A stretch of 64,000 bases of DNA from Actinomycetes bacterium. GTDB lineage: Bacteria; Actinomycetota; Acidimicrobiia; Acidimicrobiales; Bog-793. The stretch spans positions 916-64,915 of the forward strand of contig JAKACA010000002.1 of NCBI GenBank assembly GCA_021796455.1. The letters are read 5' to 3'. Under the pieces are notes generated by a model, which was not told where the DNA came from, searched no databases, and saw nothing but the letters and a program-made list of their open reading frames with translations. Positions 44,863 through 53,641 of the stretch are shown here, piece after piece. How positions within the stretch are numbered: the first letter of the stretch is position 1; each line of letters starts with the position of its first letter. Both the position numbers and the translations under genes were made by a program.

Positions 44863-47004
44863 GTGAACCGGCCCCCTGTCGCCCCACGGCGACGCGCCGA
44901 GATAACAGCCCATGGGGACACGCGCACCGACGACTGGCTCTGGCTCCGCAACCGGGAGGACCCTGCGGTGCTGGAGCTACTGGCCGACGAGAACGCCCAC
45001 ACCATCTCAGCTACGGAGAGCCTCCGGCCCCTCATCGACGAGCTCTACCAAGAGACACTGGAGAAGATCCAGCTCACCGATGTGAGCTATCCGGCCCCGC
45101 GTGGAGCGTGGGCGTACTACTCGAGGACCGAAGAAGGCAAAGAGCATGCAGTCATGTGCCGCCGTCCCACATGGGCACCGCTCCCAGACGCGGACCCCTC
45201 GCGGGAGGACGAATACGAGACAGTGCTTCTGGACGAGAACGAGATGGCGGCTGGCCTCGACTATTTCGCAGTCGAGGCCACCGCCCTGAGCCATGACCAG
45301 GCTCTCCTCGCGTATGCCGTCGACACCGACGGAGGTGAGCGATTGACGGTGCGTATCCGCGACATCGAGGCCGGCGTGGACCTCGGGGACGTGATCGAGG
45401 ACGCGTACTACGGCCTGGCCTTTGCCCGCGACAGAACGCTGTTCTACGTCCGCCCCGACAGAGCGATGCGGCCGTACCAGATCTGGCGCCATGTGCTCGG
45501 CACCGATTGCGAGCTGGACGCGCTCGTCTGGGAGGAGCCGGACGAGCACTTCTTCCTCGATGTGGGAGAGACCAAGGACGGTAGCTTCGTGGTGCTGCGC
45601 GCCGCCAGCAATCTCACCGCCGAGGTGCGCCTCGTAGCCGCTGACAGACCGCATCTCGCTCCGGTGACCGTAGCGCCGCGCCGTCACGCCGTGATGTACT
45701 CCGTCGAGCACCTGAACGGCACGCTGCTCATACTCTCCAACGACGGCGCAGAGAACTTCCGCCTGTTCCGAGCTCGCCTGGATGCGCTCTCGCGCGATCG
45801 GTGGCAGCTCCTCCTCCCTCACCGCGACGACGTCCGTCTCGAGTCGATCGATGTCGTCGACGGTTGCGTGCTCGTCGAAGAGCGCGGGCACGCCACAACC
45901 TCGATCCGGATCGTGCCTCTCACGCGCCCCGGCGATGCAGCCGAGGCGGCCGCAGGACTGCCAGGTCGGGTCATCGAGGCACCCGAGGCCGGTTGCGTCT
46001 TCCTCGCCCAGAACCTCGACATCCACGCCAGCGAAGTGCGCTTCAACGTGACGTCGCTCATCATGCCTTTGACTCTTCACTCGTTCGACCTCGCGACGGG
46101 CTCCACCGTGGTCCTCCATCGTCAGCCGGCGCCTGGTTACGATCCCGGCAGCTACGTGACAGAGCGCCGGTGGGCAACTGCTCGCGACGGCACAAAGGTT
46201 CCCATCACACTTGCCTGGGCGAGAAAGCGGCCCCATGGCCCGGGTCCGTGCCTGCTTTACGGATACGGGTCCTACGAGATCAGCTCCGACCCGACTTTCA
46301 GGACGAACCGGCCGACCTACCCGCTCCTTGACCGGGGCGTCGTCTTCGCCATTGCCCACGTGCGCGGCGGCGGAGAGCTCGGGCGGCACTGGTACCTGGA
46401 CGGCAAGCTCGCCAACAAGCCCAACACCTTCGAGGACTTCGTCGCCGCCGGACGCTACCTCATAGAGGAGGGCTGGACCTCGGCCGAGCAGCTGGCCGCG
46501 CTCGGAGGCAGCGCCGGCGGGCTGCTCATGGGCGCGGCTGCCAACATCGCGCCCGACCTGTTCGCGTGCGTCGTGGCCGAAGTGCCCTTCGTCGACTGCC
46601 TGACGACGATGCTCGACCCCACGCTGCCTCTGACAGTGATCGAACAGGAGGAGTGGGGCGATCCTGTCGCCAACGAAGACGACTACTGGCTCATCAAGTC
46701 TTACGCGCCCTACGACAACGTAAAGGCTGTGCGCTACCCACGCGTCCTCGCCACGAGCGGGCTGAACGACCCTCGCGTCGGCTACTTCGAACCGGCAAAG
46801 TGGGTGCAGAAGCTGCGCGCCGCGCATCTTGACAACGCCGCGCCCGGCCACGTACTCCTGAAGATGGACCTCTCGTCAGGTCATAGCGGGCCTTCCGGCC
46901 GTTATCAGCTATGGGAGAAATGGGCCTTTGTCATGGCCTTTGTTCTCGAGTCCGTCGGCGCCGCGAAGCCAGAGCCCGAGAACGGCGCTCCTAGCCGGAC
47001 GTGA
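44863..47004 (+). CDS. ptrB: oligopeptidase B / prolyl oligopeptidase family S9A serine protease
   Basis: The N-terminus, PPVAPRRRAEITAHGDTRTDDWLWLRN, parallels protease II. The catalytic region is GGSAGGLLMG (GxSxGG), with later D and H regions (LNDPRVGYFEPAKW, SGHSG). Confidence 0.9.
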   Translation: MNRPPVAPRRRAEITAHGDTRTDDWLWLRNREDPAVLELLADENAHTISATESLRPLIDELYQETLEKIQLTDVSYPAPRGAWAYYSRTEEGKEHAVMCRRPTWAPLPDADPSREDEYETVLLDENEMAAGLDYFAVEATALSHDQALLAYAVDTDGGERLTVRIRDIEAGVDLGDVIEDAYYGLAFARDRTLFYVRPDRAMRPYQIWRHVLGTDCELDALVWEEPDEHFFLDVGETKDGSFVVLRAASNLTAEVRLVAADRPHLAPVTVAPRRHAVMYSVEHLNGTLLILSNDGAENFRLFRARLDALSRDRWQLLLPHRDDVRLESIDVVDGCVLVEERGHATTSIRIVPLTRPGDAAEAAAGLPGRVIEAPEAGCVFLAQNLDIHASEVRFNVTSLIMPLTLHSFDLATGSTVVLHRQPAPGYDPGSYVTERRWATARDGTKVPITLAWARKRPHGPGPCLLYGYGSYEISSDPTFRTNRPTYPLLDRGVVFAIAHVRGGGELGRHWYLDGKLANKPNTFEDFVAAGRYLIEEGWTSAEQLAALGGSAGGLLMGAAANIAPDLFACVVAEVPFVDCLTTMLDPTLPLTVIEQEEWGDPVANEDDYWLIKSYAPYDNVKAVRYPRVLATSGLNDPRVGYFEPAKWVQKLRAAHLDNAAPGHVLLKMDLSSGHSGPSGRYQLWEKWAFVMAFVLESVGAAKPEPENGAPSRT

Positions 47005-47926
47005 GCAAAAGGTTGAACGCGGTGACGCCGGCAGGAATCTTCACGCGCACGCCGTTTATCCGCACCGACGCGTACTCGGGCGCGCCCAGCTCCACGACGA
47101 GCGGGCCCGAGGCGACGTAGGAAGCACGACTGCCCTTTTGCACCGTCTCGGACCAAAGGAGAGCGCTCGCGCCGAGCTGCTTCCCGATCCCTATCCAACA
47201 GGCGCCGCTCACACCGGCAAAGCTGAGCTTGTAGTGACCAGGAGGAACGTCGAAAGTCGCATCGACTCCCGAGATCGACACTGGCCGGACGACCGTCGCT
47301 TTCGACCTGACGACCCTGGTCGTGGAGGTAACGGTGCTCGAGGGCGGCACTCGGCTGTGAGTTGTCCCCGGCGCCTTGGCAGCCGGGCTTCCCCCAGTCA
47401 GCGCCACGGCGGCGGCGGCGATCGCAACGACTGCCAGGGCGGCAGCGGCGAAGGCACCAACCGTGACCCTGCGGCCATTGGACGGCCTAGAGCGGTCGGA
47501 GTCAGCCGAAGGCGCCGCGGGACCACTGTCCGGCTCGCCCGGTCGCTCGGGTCTAGCCTCTGCGGGCTCTGCTGCATCGAAGACGAGGGGCTTGGTCGCT
47601 GGCGAGCTGGACGCCGATGGCCCAGCGATCTTCGGTCGGCCGATCGGCGACTGCACGGCCCCTGATCGAGTCAGCCCGTCGTGCTGCACGATGTCCCGGG
47701 CGCGGCCTGACGCAGCTGTGTCAACGTGGGGTCGACCCGCGGCGTCGCGGGCAATGACCCGAGGGCCCGTCGGCGACGCTCCCCTCCTCGTTATGTCGCC
47801 GAGAGCCGACAAGCCCTGCCCGTAGCTCTCCATCGACCGGCGATCCGAGCGGGCAGAGTGGGCCCGCGCCCAGATCAGGCCGACCACGACGAGCAGGGCA
47901 AGTCCGCCGATCGCGACGGCGGTCAA
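46991..47926 (-). CDS. membrane-anchored protein with a DUF4115 (RodZ C-terminal)-like domain
   Basis: An N-terminal TM helix (AIGGLALLVVVGLIW), a low-complexity linker, a second hydrophobic segment, then the C-terminal YKLSFAGVSGACWIGIGKQ...GAPEYASVRINGVRVKIP. The start is TTG. There is no HTH domain. Confidence 0.6.
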   Translation of the reverse strand: MTAVAIGGLALLVVVGLIWARAHSARSDRRSMESYGQGLSALGDITRRGASPTGPRVIARDAAGRPHVDTAASGRARDIVQHDGLTRSGAVQSPIGRPKIAGPSASSSPATKPLVFDAAEPAEARPERPGEPDSGPAAPSADSDRSRPSNGRRVTVGAFAAAALAVVAIAAAAVALTGGSPAAKAPGTTHSRVPPSSTVTSTTRVVRSKATVVRPVSISGVDATFDVPPGHYKLSFAGVSGACWIGIGKQLGASALLWSETVQKGSRASYVASGPLVVELGAPEYASVRINGVRVKIPAGVTAFNLLLTSG

Positions 47927-48010
47927 GGCTGACCGACCTCTTGCGCGCGCACCCCGAGATCCATGCTGGGCAGAGATTCCACGCCCCTATTCAAGCCCGA
48001 ATCGATCGGA

Positions 48011-48991
48011 TCAGAGGACTCGGCTCTGATCGGCCTCGGTGGCGCCAGAGCGAGCTGTCCCAGATTCGAGCTCGACCACGGTGTTCTGCGAAGCCATGGT
48101 CACACGAAATGCGTCTCCAGCCTGCTCCGTGGCCATCCGGCCCAGCTCGTCCAAGAGGTCGTCGGCATGCGTCGGGTCGTGGTGGAAGAGAGCGAGGCGC
48201 GCCACCTCAGCCTGGCGCGCGACCTCGAGCGCATAGCTCACGGTGCTGTGACCCCAATGAGCCTTCACCGCGAACTCGGCGTCGGTGTACTGGGCATCGT
48301 GAATTAGCAGATCAACCCCGCTGCTCAGCTCGAGAACGGCGTCGGACACAACGGGGACGACCTGCCCGTAGCGAAATGGCGCCTGGTGGTCTGCTATGTA
48401 GGCGACAGAGATCCCGCCGGTCTCGACCCTGTACCCGAGGGTGCGCCCGACATGGGGCACCTCCCTTGCCCTTACCGTCGCAGCGCCCGTCTTGACGAGA
48501 GCCCCGTCGGGGCACTCGGAGAAGCTGATCTCTCCCGGGAGCTCAGCTACGCCGACCGGGAAGTAAGGGGGCTGGAGGAATGCCGCGAACGAGTCCAGCA
48601 GCGAGCTCTCTTGGGACGGCCCGTAGATAGCCAACCGCACATCGGCCTCCAGGGCTGGGCCAAAGAACGGAAGGCCCTGGATGTGATCGAAATGGAGATG
48701 GGTCACAAAGGCACTGAGCGACAGGCGGGCATCGCCACGGGCAACGGGCTCGTGAGGCGGGTCTCGCGGGTCTCGCGGCGGTGCCCCTGAACCGAGGCCG
48801 TGTCCGGGCAGGAACCTGCCCACTAGCTCCTCACCAAGACGACGGCAACCGGTTCCGAGGTCGAGTATCACCGGCGGTGAGCCATCGCCTCCATCGACAG
48901 ACACGCAGGCCGTCGAGCCACCGTAACGCTCGAGGGCGTGATCCGAGCACGGACACGAGCCCCGAACTCCATAGAAGCTAACCGACGGCAC
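48011..48991 (-). CDS. MBL-fold metallo-hydrolase
   Basis: FYGVRGSCPC...RYGGSTACVSV, LDLGTG, VTHLHFDHIQGLPFF (HxHxDH). Confidence 0.8.
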   Translation of the reverse strand: MPSVSFYGVRGSCPCSDHALERYGGSTACVSVDGGDGSPPVILDLGTGCRRLGEELVGRFLPGHGLGSGAPPRDPRDPPHEPVARGDARLSLSAFVTHLHFDHIQGLPFFGPALEADVRLAIYGPSQESSLLDSFAAFLQPPYFPVGVAELPGEISFSECPDGALVKTGAATVRAREVPHVGRTLGYRVETGGISVAYIADHQAPFRYGQVVPVVSDAVLELSSGVDLLIHDAQYTDAEFAVKAHWGHSTVSYALEVARQAEVARLALFHHDPTHADDLLDELGRMATEQAGDAFRVTMASQNTVVELESGTARSGATEADQSRVL

Positions 48992-48994
48992 GCC

Positions 48995-49504
48995 TCAGCC
49001 CCAGGGGTCCTCGTAGGGCCGCCGGCGTGCAGGGAGCGCCTCCTTCTTCCAGACAAGGATCTTCCTGCGGAAGTAGCAGACCTCCTGTCCACGCTGGTTG
49101 TAACCCTTGCTCTCGACGGTGACGACACCGCGGTCGGGTTTCGAGCGGGACTCGACTACCTCGAGCACCCGCGTCTCGGCATAGATCGTGTCACCGTGAA
49201 AGGTCGGGCTCTTATGCTGCAGCAGCTCGACCTCGAGGTTGGCGATGCAGGACCCAGACACGTCTGGCACGCTCATGCCGAGCACGATCGAGTACACGAG
49301 ATTTCCCACGACGACGTTGCGCCCGTGCGGGGAATCGTTCTCGGCAAAGAAGGCGTCGGTGTGAAGCGGGTGGTGATTCATCGTGATCATGCAGAAGAGA
49401 TGGTCGTCGTACTCGGTGATCGTCTTGCCCGGCCAGTGGCGGTACACATCGCCCACCTGGAAGTCCTCTAGGCAACGGCCGAAGGGCCTGTCGTGAGCCG
49501 TCAT
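48995..49504 (-). CDS. MaoC-like (R)-specific enoyl-CoA hydratase / hot-dog fold dehydratase
   Basis: FQVGDVYRHWPGKTITEYDDHLFCMITMNHHPLHTDAFFA...GNLVYSIVLGMSV is the MaoC dehydratase signature region. Confidence 0.85.
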   Translation of the reverse strand: MTAHDRPFGRCLEDFQVGDVYRHWPGKTITEYDDHLFCMITMNHHPLHTDAFFAENDSPHGRNVVVGNLVYSIVLGMSVPDVSGSCIANLEVELLQHKSPTFHGDTIYAETRVLEVVESRSKPDRGVVTVESKGYNQRGQEVCYFRRKILVWKKEALPARRRPYEDPWG

Positions 49505-49965
49505 GCCTCGTCCTCGGCCGGGCGCGCAGCCGACCTCGTCGAGAACGAGAGCACCCAGTCGGGTTGGGTCTCCCCGTCTATCGTGAGCCGCCAGCTAAAG
49601 CGCCGGTCGGGCGCGAGGGGAAGCGGGCCGAAGTTCACCGCAAGAGCGACGTCGATCGGGCTCCCCTCGCGTAAGTGCAAGGGGCGCTCGACCATGATGT
49701 CGCCCCCGACCTCCATGGGCCGCTCGCCTTCTGGGGTCTCGACGAGCACCGAATGACCGTCCTCGTCGACCAGGAAGAGCTCCCAATGGTGGGGCGCGCC
49801 GGCCGATGTCCAGTCGACGTCGATCTTCATGGCCACAGCTGACGGCATGGCGCCGGGGCCGGTCACACTCCACCCCCCCCCGAGGATGTAGAGCTTCCCG
49901 TCAGCCACCTGGGCAGAATCGCAGAGCATCATGGTCACGCGCACGGGCGAGACGCTACCGGCCAC
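49501..49965 (-). CDS. hypothetical protein (154 aa), translationally coupled to the MaoC hydratase
   Basis: MMLCDSAQVADGKLYILGGGWSV...HHWELFLVDEDGHSV...FSWRLTIDGE looks like an all-beta globular protein. Its TGA overlaps the MaoC ATG (ATGA). I cannot assign a family name with confidence. Confidence 0.6.
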   Translation of the reverse strand: MAGSVSPVRVTMMLCDSAQVADGKLYILGGGWSVTGPGAMPSAVAMKIDVDWTSAGAPHHWELFLVDEDGHSVLVETPEGERPMEVGGDIMVERPLHLREGSPIDVALAVNFGPLPLAPDRRFSWRLTIDGETQPDWVLSFSTRSAARPAEDEA

Positions 49966-50060
49966 GACTCCCCGCCGTCTCGGTATTGACGAGCCGGCTT
50001 GGCCGACTCGTGCGAGCTCCGGTCGATCGCCGGGCTGGACGGACCACTAGCCTCTCGCCC

Positions 50061-51716
50061 ATGACGCATGCGCAAGCGGCCTCTTTCGACCCTTGTGACC
50101 TCACAGCAGCGAAAGAAGCGTACGAACTGGCGCTCGCAATCGTCAGGGGCGGTGCGGTGCGGCTTCGGAAGGTGAGCGACGGCGGCAGACGGCTCGATGA
50201 GCACCAAGTGCTCGCCTATGACCTCGCGCACGGAAGCGCCGCAGTCACCATCGCTTCGGCCGCGCTGCGCTATGGAGCGCGCGGTCCTCTCGAGGCGCGC
50301 CTTGCTGTGGCCTTCGTCGCCGACGTCGTAGGCGACCTCGTCAGCCGCACGGCTGGGCGTGAGACCGAGTGGGGAACACGGCCTGGTTGGCACGGGGCCG
50401 TCTCGAACCTCCTCGACACGGGCCGCGATCCGGCACTGCTGGCTTCGCTTGCCGAGATGCCCGGCCCCAACCACCTGGGATCGGACTTCGAGCTCGTACA
50501 AGACAGCTTCCGCCGATTTGCGGCGGCGCAGATCGCACCGCGAGCCGAGCACATCCACCGCGCCAATGCCGATATCGACGAGGAGATCATCGAGGGTCTC
50601 GCCGCGATGGGCGGATTTGGCCTGTCGGTGCCGGAAGTCTACGGTGGCTTTGCAGCTGGCGGTGAGCACGACTACCTCGCGATGGTCGTCGCCACAGAGG
50701 AGCTCTCCCGCGCATCTCTCGGCGCCGGTGGATCGCTCGTCACTCGACCTGAGATCCTCACCCGGGCAATCCTCAACGGCGGCACCGAGGAGCAGAAAAG
50801 CCGGCTCCTCGGAAGGATCGCCACAGGCGAGATGATGGTTGCCGTCGCGGTGACCGAGCCTGACTTCGGCTCTGACGTGGCAAACCTCTCGGTGACCGCG
50901 ACGCCGGCGGAGAGAGGCTGGCTCCTAAATGGCGTGAAGACCTGGTGCACCTTTGCCGCCCGGGCAGAAGCGATAATGCTGCTCGCGCGCACTGATCGTG
51001 ACCGATCGAAGGCTCACAGGGGATTGTCCCTGTTCGTCATCGAGAAGCCACGATGCGACTCCCGGGGTTTCTCCATCCTGCAACGCGAGACTGACGGGGA
51101 GCGTCCTCCCGGACTGCCGGACGGCAGGCTGGAAGGGCATCCCATCGACACCATCGGATACAGGGGGATGCACTCCTACGAGCTCTCCCTCGAGAACTTC
51201 TGGATCCCGGCCGCTAACCTCATCGGCGAGAAGCAGGGTGAGGGGCGGGGTTTCTATCTGCAAATGGCCGGCTTCGAGAACGGCCGGCTGCAGACCGCAG
51301 CTCGGGCGATCGGTGTCATGCAGGCAGGATACGAAGCAGCTCTCAGCTATGCCCGGCAGCGAAGCGTATTCGGGCGGCCCCTCATCGACTACCAGCTGAC
51401 TCGCGCCAAGCTCGGGCGGATGGCTGCGATAATCCAGGCGAGCCGTCAGTTCGCTTACGAGGTCGCGGTCCTGATGGCCGGAGGGCAGGGATCCATGGAG
51501 GCTTCCATGGTCAAGGCCTACGTCTGTCGGGCAGCCGAGTGGGTGAGTCGCGAGGCCATGCAGATCCATGGTGGGATGGGCTACGCAGAGGAGTTTCTCG
51601 TCAGCCGCCTGTTCGTCGACTCTCGGGTCCTCTCGATCTTCGAGGGGGCTGACGAGACGCTGTGCCTCAAGGTCATTGCGAGGCGTCTCGTCGAGGACGC
51701 CGCCACGGGCACCTAG
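50061..51716 (+). CDS. acyl-CoA dehydrogenase family protein with a ~170-aa N-terminal helical extension
   Basis: AVTEPDFGSDVANL, WCTFAARAE, ARQRSVFGRPLIDYQ, QIHGGMGYAEEF. The start is at ATG 50061; the ORF opens at 49806. Confidence 0.9.
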   Translation: MTHAQAASFDPCDLTAAKEAYELALAIVRGGAVRLRKVSDGGRRLDEHQVLAYDLAHGSAAVTIASAALRYGARGPLEARLAVAFVADVVGDLVSRTAGRETEWGTRPGWHGAVSNLLDTGRDPALLASLAEMPGPNHLGSDFELVQDSFRRFAAAQIAPRAEHIHRANADIDEEIIEGLAAMGGFGLSVPEVYGGFAAGGEHDYLAMVVATEELSRASLGAGGSLVTRPEILTRAILNGGTEEQKSRLLGRIATGEMMVAVAVTEPDFGSDVANLSVTATPAERGWLLNGVKTWCTFAARAEAIMLLARTDRDRSKAHRGLSLFVIEKPRCDSRGFSILQRETDGERPPGLPDGRLEGHPIDTIGYRGMHSYELSLENFWIPAANLIGEKQGEGRGFYLQMAGFENGRLQTAARAIGVMQAGYEAALSYARQRSVFGRPLIDYQLTRAKLGRMAAIIQASRQFAYEVAVLMAGGQGSMEASMVKAYVCRAAEWVSREAMQIHGGMGYAEEFLVSRLFVDSRVLSIFEGADETLCLKVIARRLVEDAATGT

Positions 51717-51813
51717 CCTCTCGCTTCCTGCCAGGCCTCGCTATGGGCGAAAGTCCTGTCGGAAGAGCGGCGGCGGCGCGCTTCCAGGCTTCCACCTGTA
51801 GGTCACCTGCGGA

Positions 51814-52761
51814 TCACCTCCCAGGTGCCTCGGATCGCTTCAGGCCGGCACGCTCTCCCCGACTGACGAATTTGAGCGCCATCTTGCGGCTCGCCTCGTC
51901 GATCATCTCGTCGCCGAACATGACAGCACCCTTCAGCTCCTGCTCGGTCGCCTGCTTGTAGGCATCGACAATCGCGCAAGCACGATCGAACTGATCCTGC
52001 GAAGGCGAGTAGATCTCGTTTAGAACCGTGACCTGGTCGGGGTGCAGTGCCCATTTCCCGTCATAGCCGAGGATACGAGTGCGCATGCAGTAGTCGCGAA
52101 AGGCCTGCACCTCCCGTATCTTCAAGAACGGCCCGTCGATGACCTGAAGCCCGTTTGCCCTTCCCGCCATCAAGATCTTGGAGAACACGTAGTGGAAGTG
52201 ATCGCCGGGGTATTCAGGAATCTGCACTCCGCCTGTCAGCACTGGCATCTCGAGCGATGCAGCAAAGTCCGCCGGCCCGAAGATGATCGCTTCGAGACGC
52301 GACGAGGCCGCACAGATCTCCTCGACATTGATGAGCCCACGAGCGGTCTCGATCTGAGCCTCGATACCGACGTGCCCGTTCGGAAGTCCAAAGTTCTCCT
52401 CCACCTGGGTAAGCAGCAGGTCGAGAGCTACGACCTCCGCCGCGTTCTCGACCTTGGGAAGCATGATCTCGTCCAGGCGCGCGCCCGCGCCGGAGACCAC
52501 CTCGATCACGTCTCCATAGGTCCAACGGGTGTCCCACGCGTTGACCCGCACGCAGAGCACTCGGTCGTCCCACGACTGCTCACGGATGGCGGCGGCAACT
52601 TTGGCCCTTGCCGCCTCCTTTTCCAAGGGAGCCACCGCGTCCTCGAGGTCGAGAAAGCTCATGTCCGCCGGCACCGTAGGAGCCTTTTCGAGGAAACGCT
52701 CGCTCGATCCGGGAACGGCCAGGCAGGAGCGTCGCGGCATCGAGCGTGTACGGGTTGACAT
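51814..52761 (-). CDS. HpcH/HpaI aldolase-CitE family acyl-CoA lyase (citryl/malyl/citramalyl-CoA lyase-like)
   Basis: PRRSCLAVPGSSERFLEKA..ADMSFLDLEDAVAP, MLPKVENAAEV, IETARGLINVEEI, FGPADFAAS. The start is at ATG 52761; the ORF opens at 52809 inside the tandem repeat. Confidence 0.85.
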   Translation of the reverse strand: MSTRTRSMPRRSCLAVPGSSERFLEKAPTVPADMSFLDLEDAVAPLEKEAARAKVAAAIREQSWDDRVLCVRVNAWDTRWTYGDVIEVVSGAGARLDEIMLPKVENAAEVVALDLLLTQVEENFGLPNGHVGIEAQIETARGLINVEEICAASSRLEAIIFGPADFAASLEMPVLTGGVQIPEYPGDHFHYVFSKILMAGRANGLQVIDGPFLKIREVQAFRDYCMRTRILGYDGKWALHPDQVTVLNEIYSPSQDQFDRACAIVDAYKQATEQELKGAVMFGDEMIDEASRKMALKFVSRGERAGLKRSEAPGR

Positions 52762-52789
52762 GACCGTATCTTCGCACCGGATCGATCTC

Positions 52790-52875
52790 CCGGCCAGATC
52801 CCGAACCACCGGCCAGATCCCGAACCACGGGCAGATCAGGTAACCGGATCCCGAACCGCCGGCCAGTCAGGTAAG
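52790..52875. repeat. tandem direct repeat: 2 perfect 19-bp units (CCGGCCAGATCCCGAACCA) plus 3 degenerate units
   Basis: 52790-52808 and 52809-52827 are identical. Degenerate units follow: CGGGCAGATCAGGTAA, CCGGATCCCGAACCG and CCGGCCAGTCAGGTAAG. The array lies between the hydrolase stop (52867-52869, inside the last unit) and the CitE-like start. Confidence 0.85.
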
Positions 52876-53550
52876 CCGAGAGCGAAGAAAGTCGACGGTC
52901 CTGCGCCAGGCGACGGCCGATGCCTGGGCGTCGTAGACCTCCGGTCGCGCATCGTTGAAGAATGCGTGCTCGGCGCCCTCGTAGATCTCGAGAGTGACGT
53001 CGTCATTACCTGCATCGCGCAGCGCCTGAGCCATCTGTGAGGCGACCGCAGGTGACACCCACTCGTCGTTGGCTGCGCAGTGGAGCAACACAGAGGCCGC
53101 GATGGCCGGGTAGTCGGGCGAGGTGCCTTCCCAGGGTATGCCGCCGTAGAAGGGCACCACTGCCTTCACCGCGTCGCTCCGCTGGCCGGCCAGCACCAGA
53201 GCCAGGCCACCACCCATGCAAAAGCCCACGACACCCACCGCCGAGCCGGCACCCTTGGCCCGTACGACGTCGACAGCCCCACTTAGATCCTTGCCTGCCT
53301 GGTCGAGGCGAAGGGCCATCATCTTCTTGCCTGCCTCGTCGGGCTCGGTCGTGGCCTCCCCGCGGTACAGATCCGGAGCAAGAGCCACGAAACCCTCGGC
53401 TGCGAAGCGGTCACACACCTCCTTGATGTGGGGCACGAGGCCCCACCACTCCTGGATCACTACGACGCCTGGTCCTGTCCCTGACGCAGATAGAGCCAAG
53501 TACCCCTGACCCGTCGAACCGTTGCTCGGAAACTCGATCATCTCACCCAT
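52867..53550 (-). CDS. dienelactone hydrolase family protein
   Basis: GPGVVVIQEWWGL, VGVVGFCMGGGLAL (nucleophile elbow with Cys), and YEGAEHAFFND. Confidence 0.9.
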   Translation of the reverse strand: MGEMIEFPSNGSTGQGYLALSASGTGPGVVVIQEWWGLVPHIKEVCDRFAAEGFVALAPDLYRGEATTEPDEAGKKMMALRLDQAGKDLSGAVDVVRAKGAGSAVGVVGFCMGGGLALVLAGQRSDAVKAVVPFYGGIPWEGTSPDYPAIAASVLLHCAANDEWVSPAVASQMAQALRDAGNDDVTLEIYEGAEHAFFNDARPEVYDAQASAVAWRRTVDFLRSRLT

Positions 53551-53641
53551 GTAATGAGAACCTACCTGAGCCGGGGCCCGCGGGACGCCCGGTCCGCGAG
53601 GTTGCAGGCCGAGCCCCTAGGCACGGCCATAGCGTGTTGCG

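Noticed and set aside
44813-44866. A 17-codon uORF (MSAEADDATPPRAGAAR) whose TGA overlaps the ptrB GTG start (GTGA).
   Set aside because: There is no Shine-Dalgarno in front of its ATG, whereas ptrB has its own GGAG 7 nt upstream. Such short overlapping frames arise easily by chance. It is kept only as a contrast to the ald uORF, which does have a strong SD.
45007-46851. A 614-aa ORF antisense to the oligopeptidase B gene.
   Set aside because: The sense strand has clear S9A protease motifs and the canonical N-terminus. The antisense product is R/G/A/V/H-rich and low in complexity. Long stop-free antisense frames are expected in high-GC DNA because stop codons are AT-rich.
52790-52875. GGTTCGGGATC motifs (minus strand) inside the tandem repeat, considered as tRNA T-arm remnants or an integrase att site.
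   Set aside because: There are no acceptor, anticodon or D-arm elements, no integrase or other mobile gene nearby, and the flanking genes are intact. I report it as a plain tandem repeat instead.
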